A stretch of DNA of 64,000 nt from an uncultured Acidobacteriia bacterium. GTDB taxonomy: Bacteria > Acidobacteriota > Terriglobia > Bryobacterales > Bryobacteraceae. Positions 44,633 to 55,400 of the stretch are shown here, in pieces. The first letter of the stretch is position 1; each line of letters opens with the position of its first letter. A program made the translations under genes and the position numbers. The stretch lies in contig CAIUOG010000175.1 in the NCBI GenBank assembly GCA_903900705.1, positions 913-64,912 of the forward strand, written 5' to 3'. The notes under the pieces were generated by a model. That model did not search any database and was not told the DNA's origin. It saw only the letters and a program-made list of their open reading frames with translations.

Positions 44633-45220
44633 ATGCTGCTTCCCCGCGAATTTGTCACTTACCTCTCCCGCCAGATCGTGCGCAGGCTGGTTCCCGCCAC
44701 GTTTGAAACGGCGACCCCGGATCGCGTAGCCGAACTGGTCAATACCCTGATTTCCGATGAACTCGACGCGGAAGACAAGCTGAACGACGAAGTGCGGGAA
44801 AAGCTGGAAGAGTACAGCGAGTACATGCGCCGTGAGGGCATCAGCTATCAGGACATGTTCCGGAAGGCGAAAAACGCGCTGATTCAGCAGAAAAAGATCG
44901 TCCGGGCCTCGGGTCGGGATACCGGCGACTCCATGAAGCTTTCGCGCGACAAGATCACCGACATTTCGCATAAGCTGATCGTGCTGATGAAGAAGTCCCG
45001 CGATGTGCGCTTCAAGCGGGACCAGAACGACGTGCGGCTCGAAGTGGTCAAGGTGTTCACGGAAATCCTGCAGCTGGAAGAAAAGTCCGATCGCGCGTCG
45101 CGCGACAAGGTGCGCTCCATGAAGAAGGACATTCCGGAGGGCAGCGAGGAATGGGACATCCTGCAGAAGCGCTTCTACACGGAAGAGCTGAAGAAGTACG
45201 GCATTCATCCCGAGAAATAA
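44633..45220 (+). CDS. DUF507 family protein (two tandem DUF507-like halves)
   Basis: LPREFVTYLSRQIVRRL...ELDAEDKLNDEVREKLEEYSEYMRREGISYQDMFRKAK resembles DUF507. Confidence 0.6.
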   Translation: MLLPREFVTYLSRQIVRRLVPATFETATPDRVAELVNTLISDELDAEDKLNDEVREKLEEYSEYMRREGISYQDMFRKAKNALIQQKKIVRASGRDTGDSMKLSRDKITDISHKLIVLMKKSRDVRFKRDQNDVRLEVVKVFTEILQLEEKSDRASRDKVRSMKKDIPEGSEEWDILQKRFYTEELKKYGIHPEK

Positions 45221-45229
45221 AGCCAGCGC

Positions 45230-46168
45230 ATGAAACCGGCGGTCGTGGTTGTCGGTAGTCTCAACATGGACTTCGTCGTTCGGACGCAGTCTCTCCCCAC
45301 AGCAGGACAAACCGTTTCAGGCGAGGGTTTCCGGATGATTCCCGGAGGCAAGGGCGCCAACCAGGCCGTGGCCGCGGGCAAGCTTGGCCTCAATTCCGTG
45401 CGCGTGCGCATGGTGGGCCGGGTGGGCATGGATGCGTTCGCGGATCATCTGAAGGCCAGTCTTTCGGGCGCCGGCGTAGACGTGAGCGCGGTGCATTCTT
45501 CGAGGTCGAAGCCCACGGGAGTGGCCTTCATTTCGGTGGATGCGGCGGGCCAGAACCAGATTGTGGTGGCGGCCGGAGCCAATGCGGACCTCGCGGTAAG
45601 TGACGTGGAGGCGATGCGGCGGGTATTCCGCGACGGCAGCGTGGCGCTTTTCCAGTTGGAAACGCCGCTCGATACTGTGCTGGCCGCGCTGCGGTTGGCG
45701 CGGGCCGAGGGTTTGCGAACCATTCTGGATCCGGCTCCGGCGCAGGCTCTGACCGGTGAACTGCTGCGGCACGTCGATGTCCTGACCCCTAATGAGACGG
45801 AAGCTTTGGTGCTGCTGGGACGCGCGCCCGGGCCGGTGGAGCCAGCCGATGCCGCGGAAATTGCCGCGGCTGTGGCGGCTCTCGGAGCGCACATGGTGGT
45901 GCTGAAGCTGGGAAGCAACGGCTGCTGGTTCCACGGCGCCGGCGAGTCTTACCACGTGCCGGGATTCCCGGTCCAGGCGGTGGATACGACGGCTGCCGGC
46001 GATACCTTCAACGGCGCACTGGCCATAGCGCTGGCGGAAGGCTCACCCATCCCGCATGCCCTGCGGTTTGCCAATGCGGCGGCGGCGCTGAGCGTGACCA
46101 GGGAAGGCGCGCAGTCCTCTGCCCCGGCGCGGGTGGAAGTGGACGCGCTCTTAAGCGAATTTCGGTAA
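45230..46168 (+). CDS. rbsK: ribokinase
   Basis: VVVGSLNMDFVV, GGKGANQAVAA and DTTAAGDTFNGALA (PfkB signatures). Confidence 0.9.
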   Translation: MKPAVVVVGSLNMDFVVRTQSLPTAGQTVSGEGFRMIPGGKGANQAVAAGKLGLNSVRVRMVGRVGMDAFADHLKASLSGAGVDVSAVHSSRSKPTGVAFISVDAAGQNQIVVAAGANADLAVSDVEAMRRVFRDGSVALFQLETPLDTVLAALRLARAEGLRTILDPAPAQALTGELLRHVDVLTPNETEALVLLGRAPGPVEPADAAEIAAAVAALGAHMVVLKLGSNGCWFHGAGESYHVPGFPVQAVDTTAAGDTFNGALAIALAEGSPIPHALRFANAAAALSVTREGAQSSAPARVEVDALLSEFR

Positions 46169-47104
46169 CAGGACCATCTCGTGGTCCGGCACCGGCTCCA
46201 TCGGGAGATTCGCCTTTTTCCAGGCCGTGAGGCCACCTTCAATGACAGCGGAGGGAATCCCCTGCTCCGCCAGAATGCGGGCCACGCGAACGGCCGTTGC
46301 TTCGCGGGCGCAGGTGCAGTAGAGAATGATCTCGCGGTCACGCGGCAGCAGGGTGACCTGCTCGGCGAGGGCATTGGGCTCAATCCGCTGTGAACCCTGA
46401 ATCCGCATGGTGCCGGCCTCGTAGTAGCCGTGGCTCCGAACGTCGAAGATCGCAACGTTTTCGCGCCGCATGACTTCTTCCGGGGGGATCAGCGGGACCG
46501 GACTCTCTCCGCGCGCCCGCAGCCACAGGCGGAAACGATTGCCCAGCCATACCGCAAAGAAGCCGCCCACCAGCCAGCTGACGACCGATCCGAAGGTCGA
46601 GTAACCGCGCATGATGATGCCGAGGAAGTCACTGAACAGATAGCCGATGCCGAAGTAAGTCAGGACGTAAAGAGATGCGCCGGCGAAATCGAGCGGGAAG
46701 AACTGGACAAACGGCAGGTTCATGCTGCCGGCGAGCGGAGGCGCCATGGTGTTCAGCCCGGGCAGGAATTTCGCGAAAATCAGGATGACGCGGCCCCGGC
46801 GGTAAAACGTATCGGCGGAGCGCATGATGCAGGCTTCCGGATTCAGGGAAACCCGGCAGAGGAAGCTGAGCAGTTTCCAGCCCGTGTAGCGACCGACAAA
46901 GAACAGGAAGTTATCGCCCAGCAGCATGGCGCCGATGCCGGTGGCGATGAGCAGGCCGGGATGCATCGCGCCCCGGGCACTCGCGCCACCCGCCACCAGA
47001 AGGCCAAGCGCCGCGGGAATCGGAATCCCCAGCGCCTCCGCCAGTACCACCAGGAAAAGGATGGAGTGCCCGTATTTTGCGACCGCGAGAACGAGCGACT
47101 CCAT
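46151..47104 (-). CDS. DedA-family membrane protein fused to a C-terminal rhodanese domain
   Basis: The N-terminal 200 aa form a DedA/SNARE-associated region (YGHSILFLVVLAEALGIPIP). The C-terminal part reads IFDVRSHGYYE...IILYCTCAREAT, a rhodanese active-site Cys loop. Confidence 0.75.
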   Translation of the reverse strand: MESLVLAVAKYGHSILFLVVLAEALGIPIPAALGLLVAGGASARGAMHPGLLIATGIGAMLLGDNFLFFVGRYTGWKLLSFLCRVSLNPEACIMRSADTFYRRGRVILIFAKFLPGLNTMAPPLAGSMNLPFVQFFPLDFAGASLYVLTYFGIGYLFSDFLGIIMRGYSTFGSVVSWLVGGFFAVWLGNRFRLWLRARGESPVPLIPPEEVMRRENVAIFDVRSHGYYEAGTMRIQGSQRIEPNALAEQVTLLPRDREIILYCTCAREATAVRVARILAEQGIPSAVIEGGLTAWKKANLPMEPVPDHEMVLLPKFA

Positions 47105-47121
47105 CGTAATGGGTTGGATGC

Positions 47122-49518
47122 TTAGTGTGCGAGATCGGCTTCAGGCTGCGAGGTCAGCTCGACCGTGGCCGAGGTGAGCGGCAGGGCGACGATCTCCCGT
47201 TCCAGAGCGATGCGCAGAACTTCGTCCATGTGATCCACAAAATGGAGCTTCATCAGGTTGCGGATGTACTCCGGAATATCCGGCAGGTCCTTCTGATTCT
47301 CCTTCGGGATAATCACTTCATTGATGCCGTGGCGATGCGCCGCCAGCAGCTTCTCTTTGAGGCCGCCGATGGGCAGAACCTTGCCGCGCAGCGTGATTTC
47401 GCCGGTCATGGCGACGTCACCCTTCACCGGGATGCGGGTCAGGGCGCTGACAATGGTGGTGGCCAGCGTAATGCCGGCGGAAGGGCCATCCTTCGGAATC
47501 GCGCCCTCCGGAATGTGGATATGGATGTCCAGATTGCGGTAGAAATCGCGCGGCAGACCCAGCTGATGCGCCCGTGAACGCACGTAACTGAAGGCGGCCT
47601 GAGCGGATTCCTGCATCACATCACCCAGTTTCCCGGTGACGGTGAGCTTGCCCTTCCCTTCCATGAGAATGCACTCAGTGGTGAGAATCTGTCCGCCGAC
47701 TTCGGTCCATGCGAGACCAGTGGTGGCGCCGATTTCGTTCTTTCGGTCGGTAGTGGAATCGCGGTAGCGGGCGGGGCCCAGCAGTTCGGAAACCTTCGTG
47801 GCATTGACCACGACCTTTTCCTTCACGTCTTTGGAGACGATCTTGCGCGCGATCTTGCGTGTGACATTGCCGACCTCGCGCTCCAGGTTGCGGACGCCGG
47901 ATTCGCGCGTATAGTACTGGATCAGGTTCGAGAGGCCCTCATCGGTAAACTCAACCTTGTCCGGATCGAGTCCGGCGGCTTCGGTCTGCTTCTTGACCAG
48001 GAACCGCTTGGCAATTTCGAGCTTTTCGAGTTCCGTGTAGCCGGAAAGCCGGATCACTTCCATGCGGTCCTGCAACGCGGCCGGAATGGTGTGCAGCACG
48101 TTGGCGGTGGCCACGAAGAAGACCTGGGAGAGGTCGTATTCCACGTCGAGATAGTGATCGACGAACATGTAGTTCTGTTCGGGGTCGAGCACTTCGAGCA
48201 GCGCCGAGGACGGGTCGCCACGGAAATCGGTGGACATCTTATCGATTTCGTCCAGCATGAAGACAGGGTTGCGCGTTCCCGCCTTCTTCATCATCTGGAG
48301 AATCTGGCCGGGCAGCGCGCCGATGTAAGTGCGGCGGTGACCGCGGATTTCGGCTTCATCGCGCACGCCGCCGAGCGACATGCGGACAAACTTGCGACCG
48401 GTGGCTTTCGCGATCGACATGCCGAGCGAGGTCTTGCCGACGCCCGGAGGCCCGACGAAGAGCAGGATGGAACCCTTGGGATTCTTCACCAAACGGCGCA
48501 CGGCCAGGAATTCAAGAATGCGTTCCTTGATCTTCTCGAGGCCGTAGTGATCCGATTCGAGCACTTCTTCGGCAAACTGCAGCTCGCGGATCTCTTTGGA
48601 TTTCTTCTTCCACGGCACCGCGAGCAGCCAGTCAAGGTAGTTGCGGGAGACGGTGGATTCAGCCGACATGGGCGGCATGTTTTCGAGTCGCTTGAGTTCG
48701 GCGAAGGCCTTCTCCGAGGCATCCTTCGTCATGCCGGACATCTCGATGCGCTTCTTCAGCTCATCGATTTCGCTCTTCTCGCCGCGGCCCAGTTCTTTCT
48801 GGATCGCCTTGATCTTTTCGTTGAGGTAGTACTCTTTCTGCGCCTTCTCCATCTGGCGCTTCACGCGGCCCTGGATGGTGCGGTCGACACTGAGCTTCTC
48901 GATTTCGATATCGAGCATCTCGGCGACGCGCGTAAGGCGGTCAATCGGATCGAAGATTTCGAGCAGTTCCTGCTTCTCTTCGATGGTGAGCTGCAGGTTG
49001 GCGCCGACGGTATCGGCAAGCTTCCCGGGGTCGTCCACACGAATGGCGGCGACCATGGTTTCGTAGTTCAGGTTCTGGCTGAGCTTGACGTACTGTTCAA
49101 ACAACTGGGTGACGCGGCTGGTGAGAGCTTCGAGTTGCGGCCCCTGCTCCACTTTGAAGCGGAAGGTCCGGACAACGGCCCGGAAGAAGCCTTCGTCATC
49201 GGTGACCGAAACAACCTTGGCCCGTTCCACGCCTTCCACCAGCACCTTGATGTTGCCGTCCGGCAGCTTGAGGCTTTGCACGATGTTGACCACGCAACCC
49301 ACGCTGAAGATTTCGTCGGGCTTCGGTTCGTCAGTGGAGGCGTCATGCTGGGTTGCCAGAAAGATCTTCTTGTCGCCGGCCATCGCGTCTTCCAGGGCGC
49401 GTACGCTCGATTCCCGGCCCACAACGAACGGGGTCATCATAAACGGGAAAATGACGACGTCCCGGATGGGCATCATGGGGAGGCGTTTGGTGTCGGACTT
49501 GTCTCGTGAGGTGAGCAT
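47122..49518 (-). CDS. lon: ATP-dependent Lon protease (endopeptidase La)
   Basis: 798 aa. Walker [10 protein letters not shown] and the protease Ser motif [19 protein letters not shown]. Confidence 0.97.
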   Translation of the reverse strand: MLTSRDKSDTKRLPMMPIRDVVIFPFMMTPFVVGRESSVRALEDAMAGDKKIFLATQHDASTDEPKPDEIFSVGCVVNIVQSLKLPDGNIKVLVEGVERAKVVSVTDDEGFFRAVVRTFRFKVEQGPQLEALTSRVTQLFEQYVKLSQNLNYETMVAAIRVDDPGKLADTVGANLQLTIEEKQELLEIFDPIDRLTRVAEMLDIEIEKLSVDRTIQGRVKRQMEKAQKEYYLNEKIKAIQKELGRGEKSEIDELKKRIEMSGMTKDASEKAFAELKRLENMPPMSAESTVSRNYLDWLLAVPWKKKSKEIRELQFAEEVLESDHYGLEKIKERILEFLAVRRLVKNPKGSILLFVGPPGVGKTSLGMSIAKATGRKFVRMSLGGVRDEAEIRGHRRTYIGALPGQILQMMKKAGTRNPVFMLDEIDKMSTDFRGDPSSALLEVLDPEQNYMFVDHYLDVEYDLSQVFFVATANVLHTIPAALQDRMEVIRLSGYTELEKLEIAKRFLVKKQTEAAGLDPDKVEFTDEGLSNLIQYYTRESGVRNLEREVGNVTRKIARKIVSKDVKEKVVVNATKVSELLGPARYRDSTTDRKNEIGATTGLAWTEVGGQILTTECILMEGKGKLTVTGKLGDVMQESAQAAFSYVRSRAHQLGLPRDFYRNLDIHIHIPEGAIPKDGPSAGITLATTIVSALTRIPVKGDVAMTGEITLRGKVLPIGGLKEKLLAAHRHGINEVIIPKENQKDLPDIPEYIRNLMKLHFVDHMDEVLRIALEREIVALPLTSATVELTSQPEADLAH

Positions 49519-49676
49519 GTTTTTAGAGCCGGGGAGACAGCTACGCTACACGTCACACCCCCCGGGGCATAACGCGTCTGGTGAACCTGACCCTGTTCGA
49601 AGCAGTTCCTTTTCTATTGTATGACTTTAGGATGCCCGGAATGGAAACAGAGATCTGAAACCGGTACCGAATAGAG

Positions 49677-49717
49677 CAGGGGGGATACTGCCTGGGCAGC
49701 ATCCCCCCTGTATTTTT
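49677..49717. terminator. strong hairpin downstream of the aldolase gene (terminator-like; T-run on plus side)
   Basis: Perfect 10-bp stem CAGGGGGGAT (49677-49686) / ATCCCCCCTG (49701-49710), then TATTTTT. The minus-strand side has only TCTATT. Confidence 0.5.
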
Positions 49718-49742
49718 GACTACTTCCGCTGGTTCCGCGAAA

Positions 49743-50795
49743 CTACTTCTTCGGCGCCCACGGCCCGACTTCCGGCTTCGCCTGCGTATCTTTGAGCGGG
49801 CCCAGTTCCGCGGCAACGCCGCGGGCAATGGCGGCGATTTCGCTCGCATTCTGGAAACAGGTGAAGTCCGGCCGGTCGCGCCACGCGAACGGGCCACAGA
49901 GGCGTTTGCCGGCGGCGAGAGCGGCGTCGTGAACGACGTTGATCAGCCGTTCGTAATCGGGCGTGCCCTGCTTGTAGCCGGAGAAGTTGCCCAGGTCGCC
50001 ACTGGCCGCGAAGATGGCGGTCACGCCGGGAATGGCGGCAATTTCGCGGGCATTCTGTGCGCCTTCCAGGGTCTCGATCATCTCGATCAGGACGACGTTG
50101 TCATTGATGGTGTTGCGGTACCCGCCCGGAACGTTGCCCCACATGTCGGGATCGAAAGCCTGACCGCCGCCGAGGCTGCGCTTGCCGAGCGGCGGGAAGT
50201 AGGTCCAGTCGCGACCGGCCTTGCCTTCTTCCACGGTGTCGACGGTGGGAACCACCACGACGAGCGCGCCGGCATCGAGGGCGTGCTGGATTTCGCGCTC
50301 ATCGGCATAGGCGACACGAACGCCGGGAACGGCTTTCGCGTGGGGGCAGGCGCGCCACATCTTAGCGACGGCGCTCCAGTCTTTGGAGTCATGCTGCATT
50401 TCGGTCCAGATAAAGTCATAGCCGGCGTTGGCCATGGCGCAATAGGTAGCGGGGTCGGTGGAGCTGAAGAGGGTTCCGGCGGTGATTTTTTCGCCGCGCA
50501 TCATTTTCAGTTTGACGGGGTTCCAGATTTTCGAACCACCTGGCACATTGTAGTTGGGCCCGTACTTCCAGGTCTTCGGGTCCACCACGCCCTGATTGAC
50601 GCCTCCCGGAAGTGCCTTCGTGATGGCGCCAGTGTCTTTTCCAGCGGGGGCCGCGAGCGGGAACTGCAGCTTACCCGCATCCGCGTTATTCGCATAGGGG
50701 TCGGCGCTGGGGGGTGGAACCTGCTGAGCCTGTGCCTGCGAAACCAATAACCCCAGGGCGGCGGCGGTCACTACGGGGAGAAATCTGCGATTCAT
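49743..50795 (-). CDS. HpcH/HpaI aldolase family protein with Tat-type signal peptide and N-terminal extension of about 85 aa
   Basis: The N-terminus MNRRFLPVVTAAALGLLVSQAQA has the RRFL twin-arginine motif. The aldolase core reads GYDFIWTEMQH...VVPTVDTVEE...IEMIETLEG. AAGGAG lies 7 nt upstream of the ATG. Confidence 0.8.
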   Translation of the reverse strand: MNRRFLPVVTAAALGLLVSQAQAQQVPPPSADPYANNADAGKLQFPLAAPAGKDTGAITKALPGGVNQGVVDPKTWKYGPNYNVPGGSKIWNPVKLKMMRGEKITAGTLFSSTDPATYCAMANAGYDFIWTEMQHDSKDWSAVAKMWRACPHAKAVPGVRVAYADEREIQHALDAGALVVVVPTVDTVEEGKAGRDWTYFPPLGKRSLGGGQAFDPDMWGNVPGGYRNTINDNVVLIEMIETLEGAQNAREIAAIPGVTAIFAASGDLGNFSGYKQGTPDYERLINVVHDAALAAGKRLCGPFAWRDRPDFTCFQNASEIAAIARGVAAELGPLKDTQAKPEVGPWAPKK

Positions 50796-50813
50796 CTCGG
50801 ACTCCTTGATTCT

Positions 50814-50842
50814 TGTGGCAGTGCTTCATGTGGCAGTCTTCA
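50814..50842 (-). repeat. direct repeat (15 nt and 14 nt) just upstream of the aldolase RBS
   Basis: TGTGGCAGTGCTTCA / TGTGGCAGTCTTCA on the plus strand. Confidence 0.8.
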
Positions 50843-50920
50843 TGGGCTGCGCTTATGCGGCAGCCACACGGCGTGGATGGGCCGGTGGCTGATGATGCCG
50901 GGACCGATTCTATCAGAATG

Positions 50921-50948
50921 CGGGGGATTTGTAACAGCAAATCCCCCG
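50921..50948 (-). terminator. hairpin terminating the RND efflux operon
   Basis: 11-bp stem CGGGGGATTTG (50921-50931) / CAAATCCCCCG (50938-50948) with a 6-nt loop, 15 nt past the OMF stop. Confidence 0.6.
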
Positions 50949-50962
50949 GCGGTTGGTGAAGG

Positions 50963-52465
50963 CTAGCGGGTCTCGGGCTTCGGCTGCGCCACGCGGTGCG
51001 TGTTGGCCGGATCGCCCATTTCAACGGTACGAAGCTGGTCGGCATTCGGAAGCGTGGAAGCATCCCAGCCGCCGCCGAGGGCGACGATCAGGTTGACGGC
51101 CGCAGTCATACGGCGCTGCAGCAGGGTCACGGCGGTGCGTTCATCGCCCAGCGCAATCGTCTGGGTGGTGATGACGTTCAGGAAGGAATCGGTACCGGCC
51201 TTGTAGCGCTCGGTTTCGAGAAGCAGAGCCTGTTCGGCGGCGGCGACGGCTTTACTCTGTTCCTCGGATTCCTTGGCGAGAACGCGCAGGGTGGAGAGAT
51301 TGTCTTCCACCTGCTGGAACGCCGTCAGCACAGTCTGGCGGTAGGCGGCAACCGCGGCTTCGTACGAGGCCTTCACCTGCGCGAGGCGCGCGTCGCGCGT
51401 TCCGAAATCGAAGAGAGTCTGCGAGATTCCAGGCCCGGTGGACCAGACGCGGCTACCCCAGGTAAACAGATTCGCGAGGTTACTGCCGGTGAGGCCGGAA
51501 GTGGCGGAGAGCGTGAGCGTGGGATAGAAAGCCACTTCCGCGATGCCGATGTTGGCGTTGGCGGCGGCGATCAGGCGTTCCTGTGCCGCGATATCCGGGC
51601 GGCGTTCCAGCAGTTGCGAGGGCACCGCCACCGGAATCTCCGGCGGAGCCGCCCCGATTTTGCCGCGCGCGATGGAGAGATTCGCGGGCGGTTCGCCGGT
51701 CAGCACGGCCATGGCGTGTTCCAGCTGGTTTCGGGTGACGTCCAGATCGGTCGCCTGCGCCTGGGTGGTGTAGAGCTGGGTCTGGGCCAGAGTCACGTCC
51801 GCTTTGGAGGCCACACCGCCGCTGAAACGGTTCATGGTGAGCGTCAGGTTCTTCTCGTACGCCGCAATGGTGTCTTTGAGAAGAGCGAGTTGCATGTCGG
51901 TGCCAAGCAGCGTGAAGTAATCGACTGCCAGAGTTGCCTGGAGGCTCAGGCGGAGGTTTTCGAGGTCAGCGGCGAAGACCTGCGTGTTGTCGACGGAATT
52001 CTCGACGGCCATGCGCACACGACCCCAGAGGTCCGGTTCCCAGGTTGCGGAGAACGGGATGGTGAAGCTGGACGAAGTGCCACGACCGCCGGCGTTCGGG
52101 CCACGGTCCGCCTGGTTGATGGCGGGCGACGAGCCAATCACCGGATAGTAGGCCGAATGGTTTTGCAGAATCAGAGCCCGGGCCTGCAGGAACTGGGCTT
52201 CAGCCTGCTTGACGTTGAAGTTCCCGGAACTGATCTTCTCTTCGAGCGCGTTGAGCTGCGGGTCGTTAAAAATCTCCCACCACTTGCCCTTCAGCAAGCC
52301 ATCACTGGGAGTCGCGGTCTTCCATTGGTCATTCCCCTTCAGTTCCTTGAACGCCGGGGGCGCGGGAACGACAGGAGCAACGTATTTGGGGCCCACTGCA
52401 CAGCCGGACAGAAAGGCTGCGCCGAGGGTCGCGCTGAGAATCAGAGGTTTCCGACGGAAGGTCAT
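50963..52465 (-). CDS. efflux transporter outer membrane factor lipoprotein (NodT family)
   Basis: I refined the start to the ATG at 52465 (MTFRRKPLILSATLGAAFLSGC, a lipobox). The body shows the two-repeat OEP architecture. Confidence 0.9.
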   Translation of the reverse strand: MTFRRKPLILSATLGAAFLSGCAVGPKYVAPVVPAPPAFKELKGNDQWKTATPSDGLLKGKWWEIFNDPQLNALEEKISSGNFNVKQAEAQFLQARALILQNHSAYYPVIGSSPAINQADRGPNAGGRGTSSSFTIPFSATWEPDLWGRVRMAVENSVDNTQVFAADLENLRLSLQATLAVDYFTLLGTDMQLALLKDTIAAYEKNLTLTMNRFSGGVASKADVTLAQTQLYTTQAQATDLDVTRNQLEHAMAVLTGEPPANLSIARGKIGAAPPEIPVAVPSQLLERRPDIAAQERLIAAANANIGIAEVAFYPTLTLSATSGLTGSNLANLFTWGSRVWSTGPGISQTLFDFGTRDARLAQVKASYEAAVAAYRQTVLTAFQQVEDNLSTLRVLAKESEEQSKAVAAAEQALLLETERYKAGTDSFLNVITTQTIALGDERTAVTLLQRRMTAAVNLIVALGGGWDASTLPNADQLRTVEMGDPANTHRVAQPKPETR

Positions 52466-52469
52466 GGAT

Positions 52470-55400
52470 TTAATCGGCACTTTCGGCAACGCCTCCGGGA
52501 AGCAGGAAACCAGGCCGGTTACTCTGGGGCCGGGAACTGCCATGCTTTCCGGTCATACGAAGCCGGAGACGGTCAAGCTGTAAATAAATAACGGGTGTGG
52601 TGAAAAGGGTCAGCATCTGGCTGACGATCAGGCCACCCACGATGGCGATACCGAGCGGCTTGCGCAGTTCCGAACCGGTGCCGTAGCCAACAGCCAGTGG
52701 AACACCACCGAGCAGTGCGCAGCAGGTGGTCATCATGATAGGCCGGAAGCGCAGCAGACAGGCCTGATAGATGGCGTCCCGGGAGTTCATGCCCTCATTG
52801 CGTTCCGCGGCGAGGGCAAAATCGATCATCATGATCGCGTTCTTCTTCACGATGCCGATGAGCAGGATGATCGCGATGAGCGCGATGATGGTCAGTTCCG
52901 TCCGGAACAGCACCAAGGCAATCAGAGCGCCAACGCCCGCCGATGGCAGCGTCGAAATGATGGTGAGCGGATGCACCAGACTTTCGTAGAGGATGCCGAG
53001 CACGATATAGACCGCCAGCAGCGCCGTGAGAATCAGAATCGGCTGGCTGGCGAGCGAGTCCTGATAAGCCTGCGCGGTGCCGGCGAACTTGCCGGTGATG
53101 GCCGTGGGCAGACCCATTTCGATTTCGGCTTTATGGATGGCGAGGGTCGCATCGCTGAGCGAGACGCCGTCAGTAAGATTGAAGGAAATGGTGCTTGCCG
53201 GGAACTGCCCCTGGTGAGGCAGGGAAAGGGGCGTAATGCCTTCCGACCAGTGCGCGAACGAGGAAATGGGAACCTCAATGCCGCGCGGCGTCTGGACGTA
53301 GACTTTATCCAGGATTTCGGGGCTGGACCACCACTTCTGCTGCAGTGCCAGAATCACGTGGTACTGGTTGATCGACTTATACATCGTCGAAACCTGACGC
53401 TGCCCGAACGAACTGTAAAGCGCGGTGTCGACCGCCTGAGCGGTGAGGCCGAGACGGGACGCGGTATCGCGATCAATGACGACGTTCTCCGAAAGGCCGG
53501 AATTTTGCTGGTCTGAGCTGACGTCCGTTACCTCCGGCAGATTCTGCAGCCGCTGCAGGACCTTCGGGCCCCACTGCGCGAGCAGCGCCAGTTCCTGCGT
53601 CTGCAGGGTGTACTGATACTGAGCGTTCGCCTGCCGGCCGCCCACGCGGAAATCCTGGGCGGACTGCATGAACAGATTCGCGCCCGGCATGCCGGAAGTC
53701 TTGCGACGGATGCGCGCAATGACTTCGTCGGCGGTCGATTTGCGGACACCCAGAGGCTTCAGCTGGCAGAACAGGTTACCGGAATTGCCACCGCCACCAC
53801 CGCCGCGGCCGCCACCGCCGCCGGCAAAGGCGTCAACGGTCTCGACATCGGGATCACTGCGGACCTGCTCTTCAAAGTACCGGATTTTTTCCGACAGAGC
53901 TGCGAACGAGATATGCTGCTGACCCTGAATGCCGCCCATCAATCGGCCGGTATCCTGCTGGGGGAAGAAGCCTTTCGGAACCTTGATATAGAGGTAGACG
54001 TTCACGCCGATGGTAAGGGCCATCACCAGCATGGTGAGAGCGGGATGATTCAGAACCACCTGCAGAGCGGAAGCGTAGGTGGAAATCACCCACTGGAAGA
54101 AGCTCTCGCTCCAGCGGTAGAGCCGCCCGTGATTGTGATTCACCTTGAGCAATCGCGAGCACATCATCGGCGTGAGCGTCAGCGAGACGATCATCGAGAT
54201 GGAGATGGCGGCGGTGAGAACCACGGCGAATTCCCGGAACAGACGGCCGACAATGCCGCCCATCATGAGAATGGGAATGAAGACCGCGATGAGCGATACC
54301 GTCATCGAGAGCACGGTAAAGCCGATTTCCTCCGCGCCTTTCAGCGCGGCTTCCATCGGCTCGACGCCCATTTCGATGTAGCGTGTGATGTTCTCGATCA
54401 CGACAATCGCGTCGTCCACCACAAAGCCGGTGGCGATGGTCAGAGCCATCAGGGACAGGTTGTCCAGCGTGTACCCCAGAAGGTACATGATGCCGAAAGT
54501 ACTGATGAGCGAAACCGGGACGGAAACGCTGGGGATAAAGGTCGCCCAGCCATTGCGCAGGAAGACGAAGACGACCACGATCACGAGGCCGATCGACATG
54601 ATCATGGCGCTTTCGGAGTCGGTGATGGAGGCGCGGATGGTGCCGGTGCGGTCGTTATCGATATTGAGCTTGATGGTGGGTGGCAGAGATGCCTGGAACT
54701 GGGGCAGCACGGCCCGCACGCGGTCCGCCGTTTCAATGATGTTGGCGTTCGGCTGCCGGGTGACCATGATCAGAACCGCCGGTTTGCCGTTGGCAAGACC
54801 GAGGTTGCGCACGTCTTCGACCGAGTCCGTCACGTTGCCGAGGTCGCTCAGACGGATGGGCGCGCCGTTGCGATAGACCACCACCAGGTTGCGATAGTCC
54901 TTGGCCTCGTTCAGCTGATCCGACGTCTGCAGCGGCATCATCGAGTCTGAGGTGGAGATGGAGCCCTTGGGTTTGTTGGCGTTCGCGCTGGCCAGAAAGC
55001 TGGCAATCTGGTCGAGCCCGAAGTTGTAGCGCGACACCGGCTGCGGGTTGAGTTCCACGCGAACGGCGGGCAGAGAGCTGCCGTTGACGCTGACCTGCCC
55101 AACGCCCTTCACCTGCGAGAGCTTCTGCGCGAGAACGGAGGATGCCATGTCGTAGAGAACGGGAATCGGCACCACCTGCGACTGCAGGGAAAGAATCAGA
55201 ATCGGCGCATCCGACGGGTTGTACTTGCGGTAGCGGGGATTGGTGGGCAGGTTGGCCGGCAGATAGCCGGCGGCGGCGTTGATGGCGGCTTGTACGTCAC
55301 GGGCGGCCGCGTTGATGTCCCGGCTGAGGTCGAACTGGAGCACCACGCTGGCGGAGCCAAGAGAGCTGTTCGACGTCATTTCCGTGACGCCGGCAATACG

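Noticed and set aside
49519-49676. Heat-shock (sigma-32 or CIRCE) promoter upstream of lon.
   Set aside because: There is no CIRCE inverted repeat. CTTCGAA and CCCCGGGG elements exist, but at the wrong spacing for a sigma-32 promoter. A TACAAT -10 candidate lacks a convincing -35.
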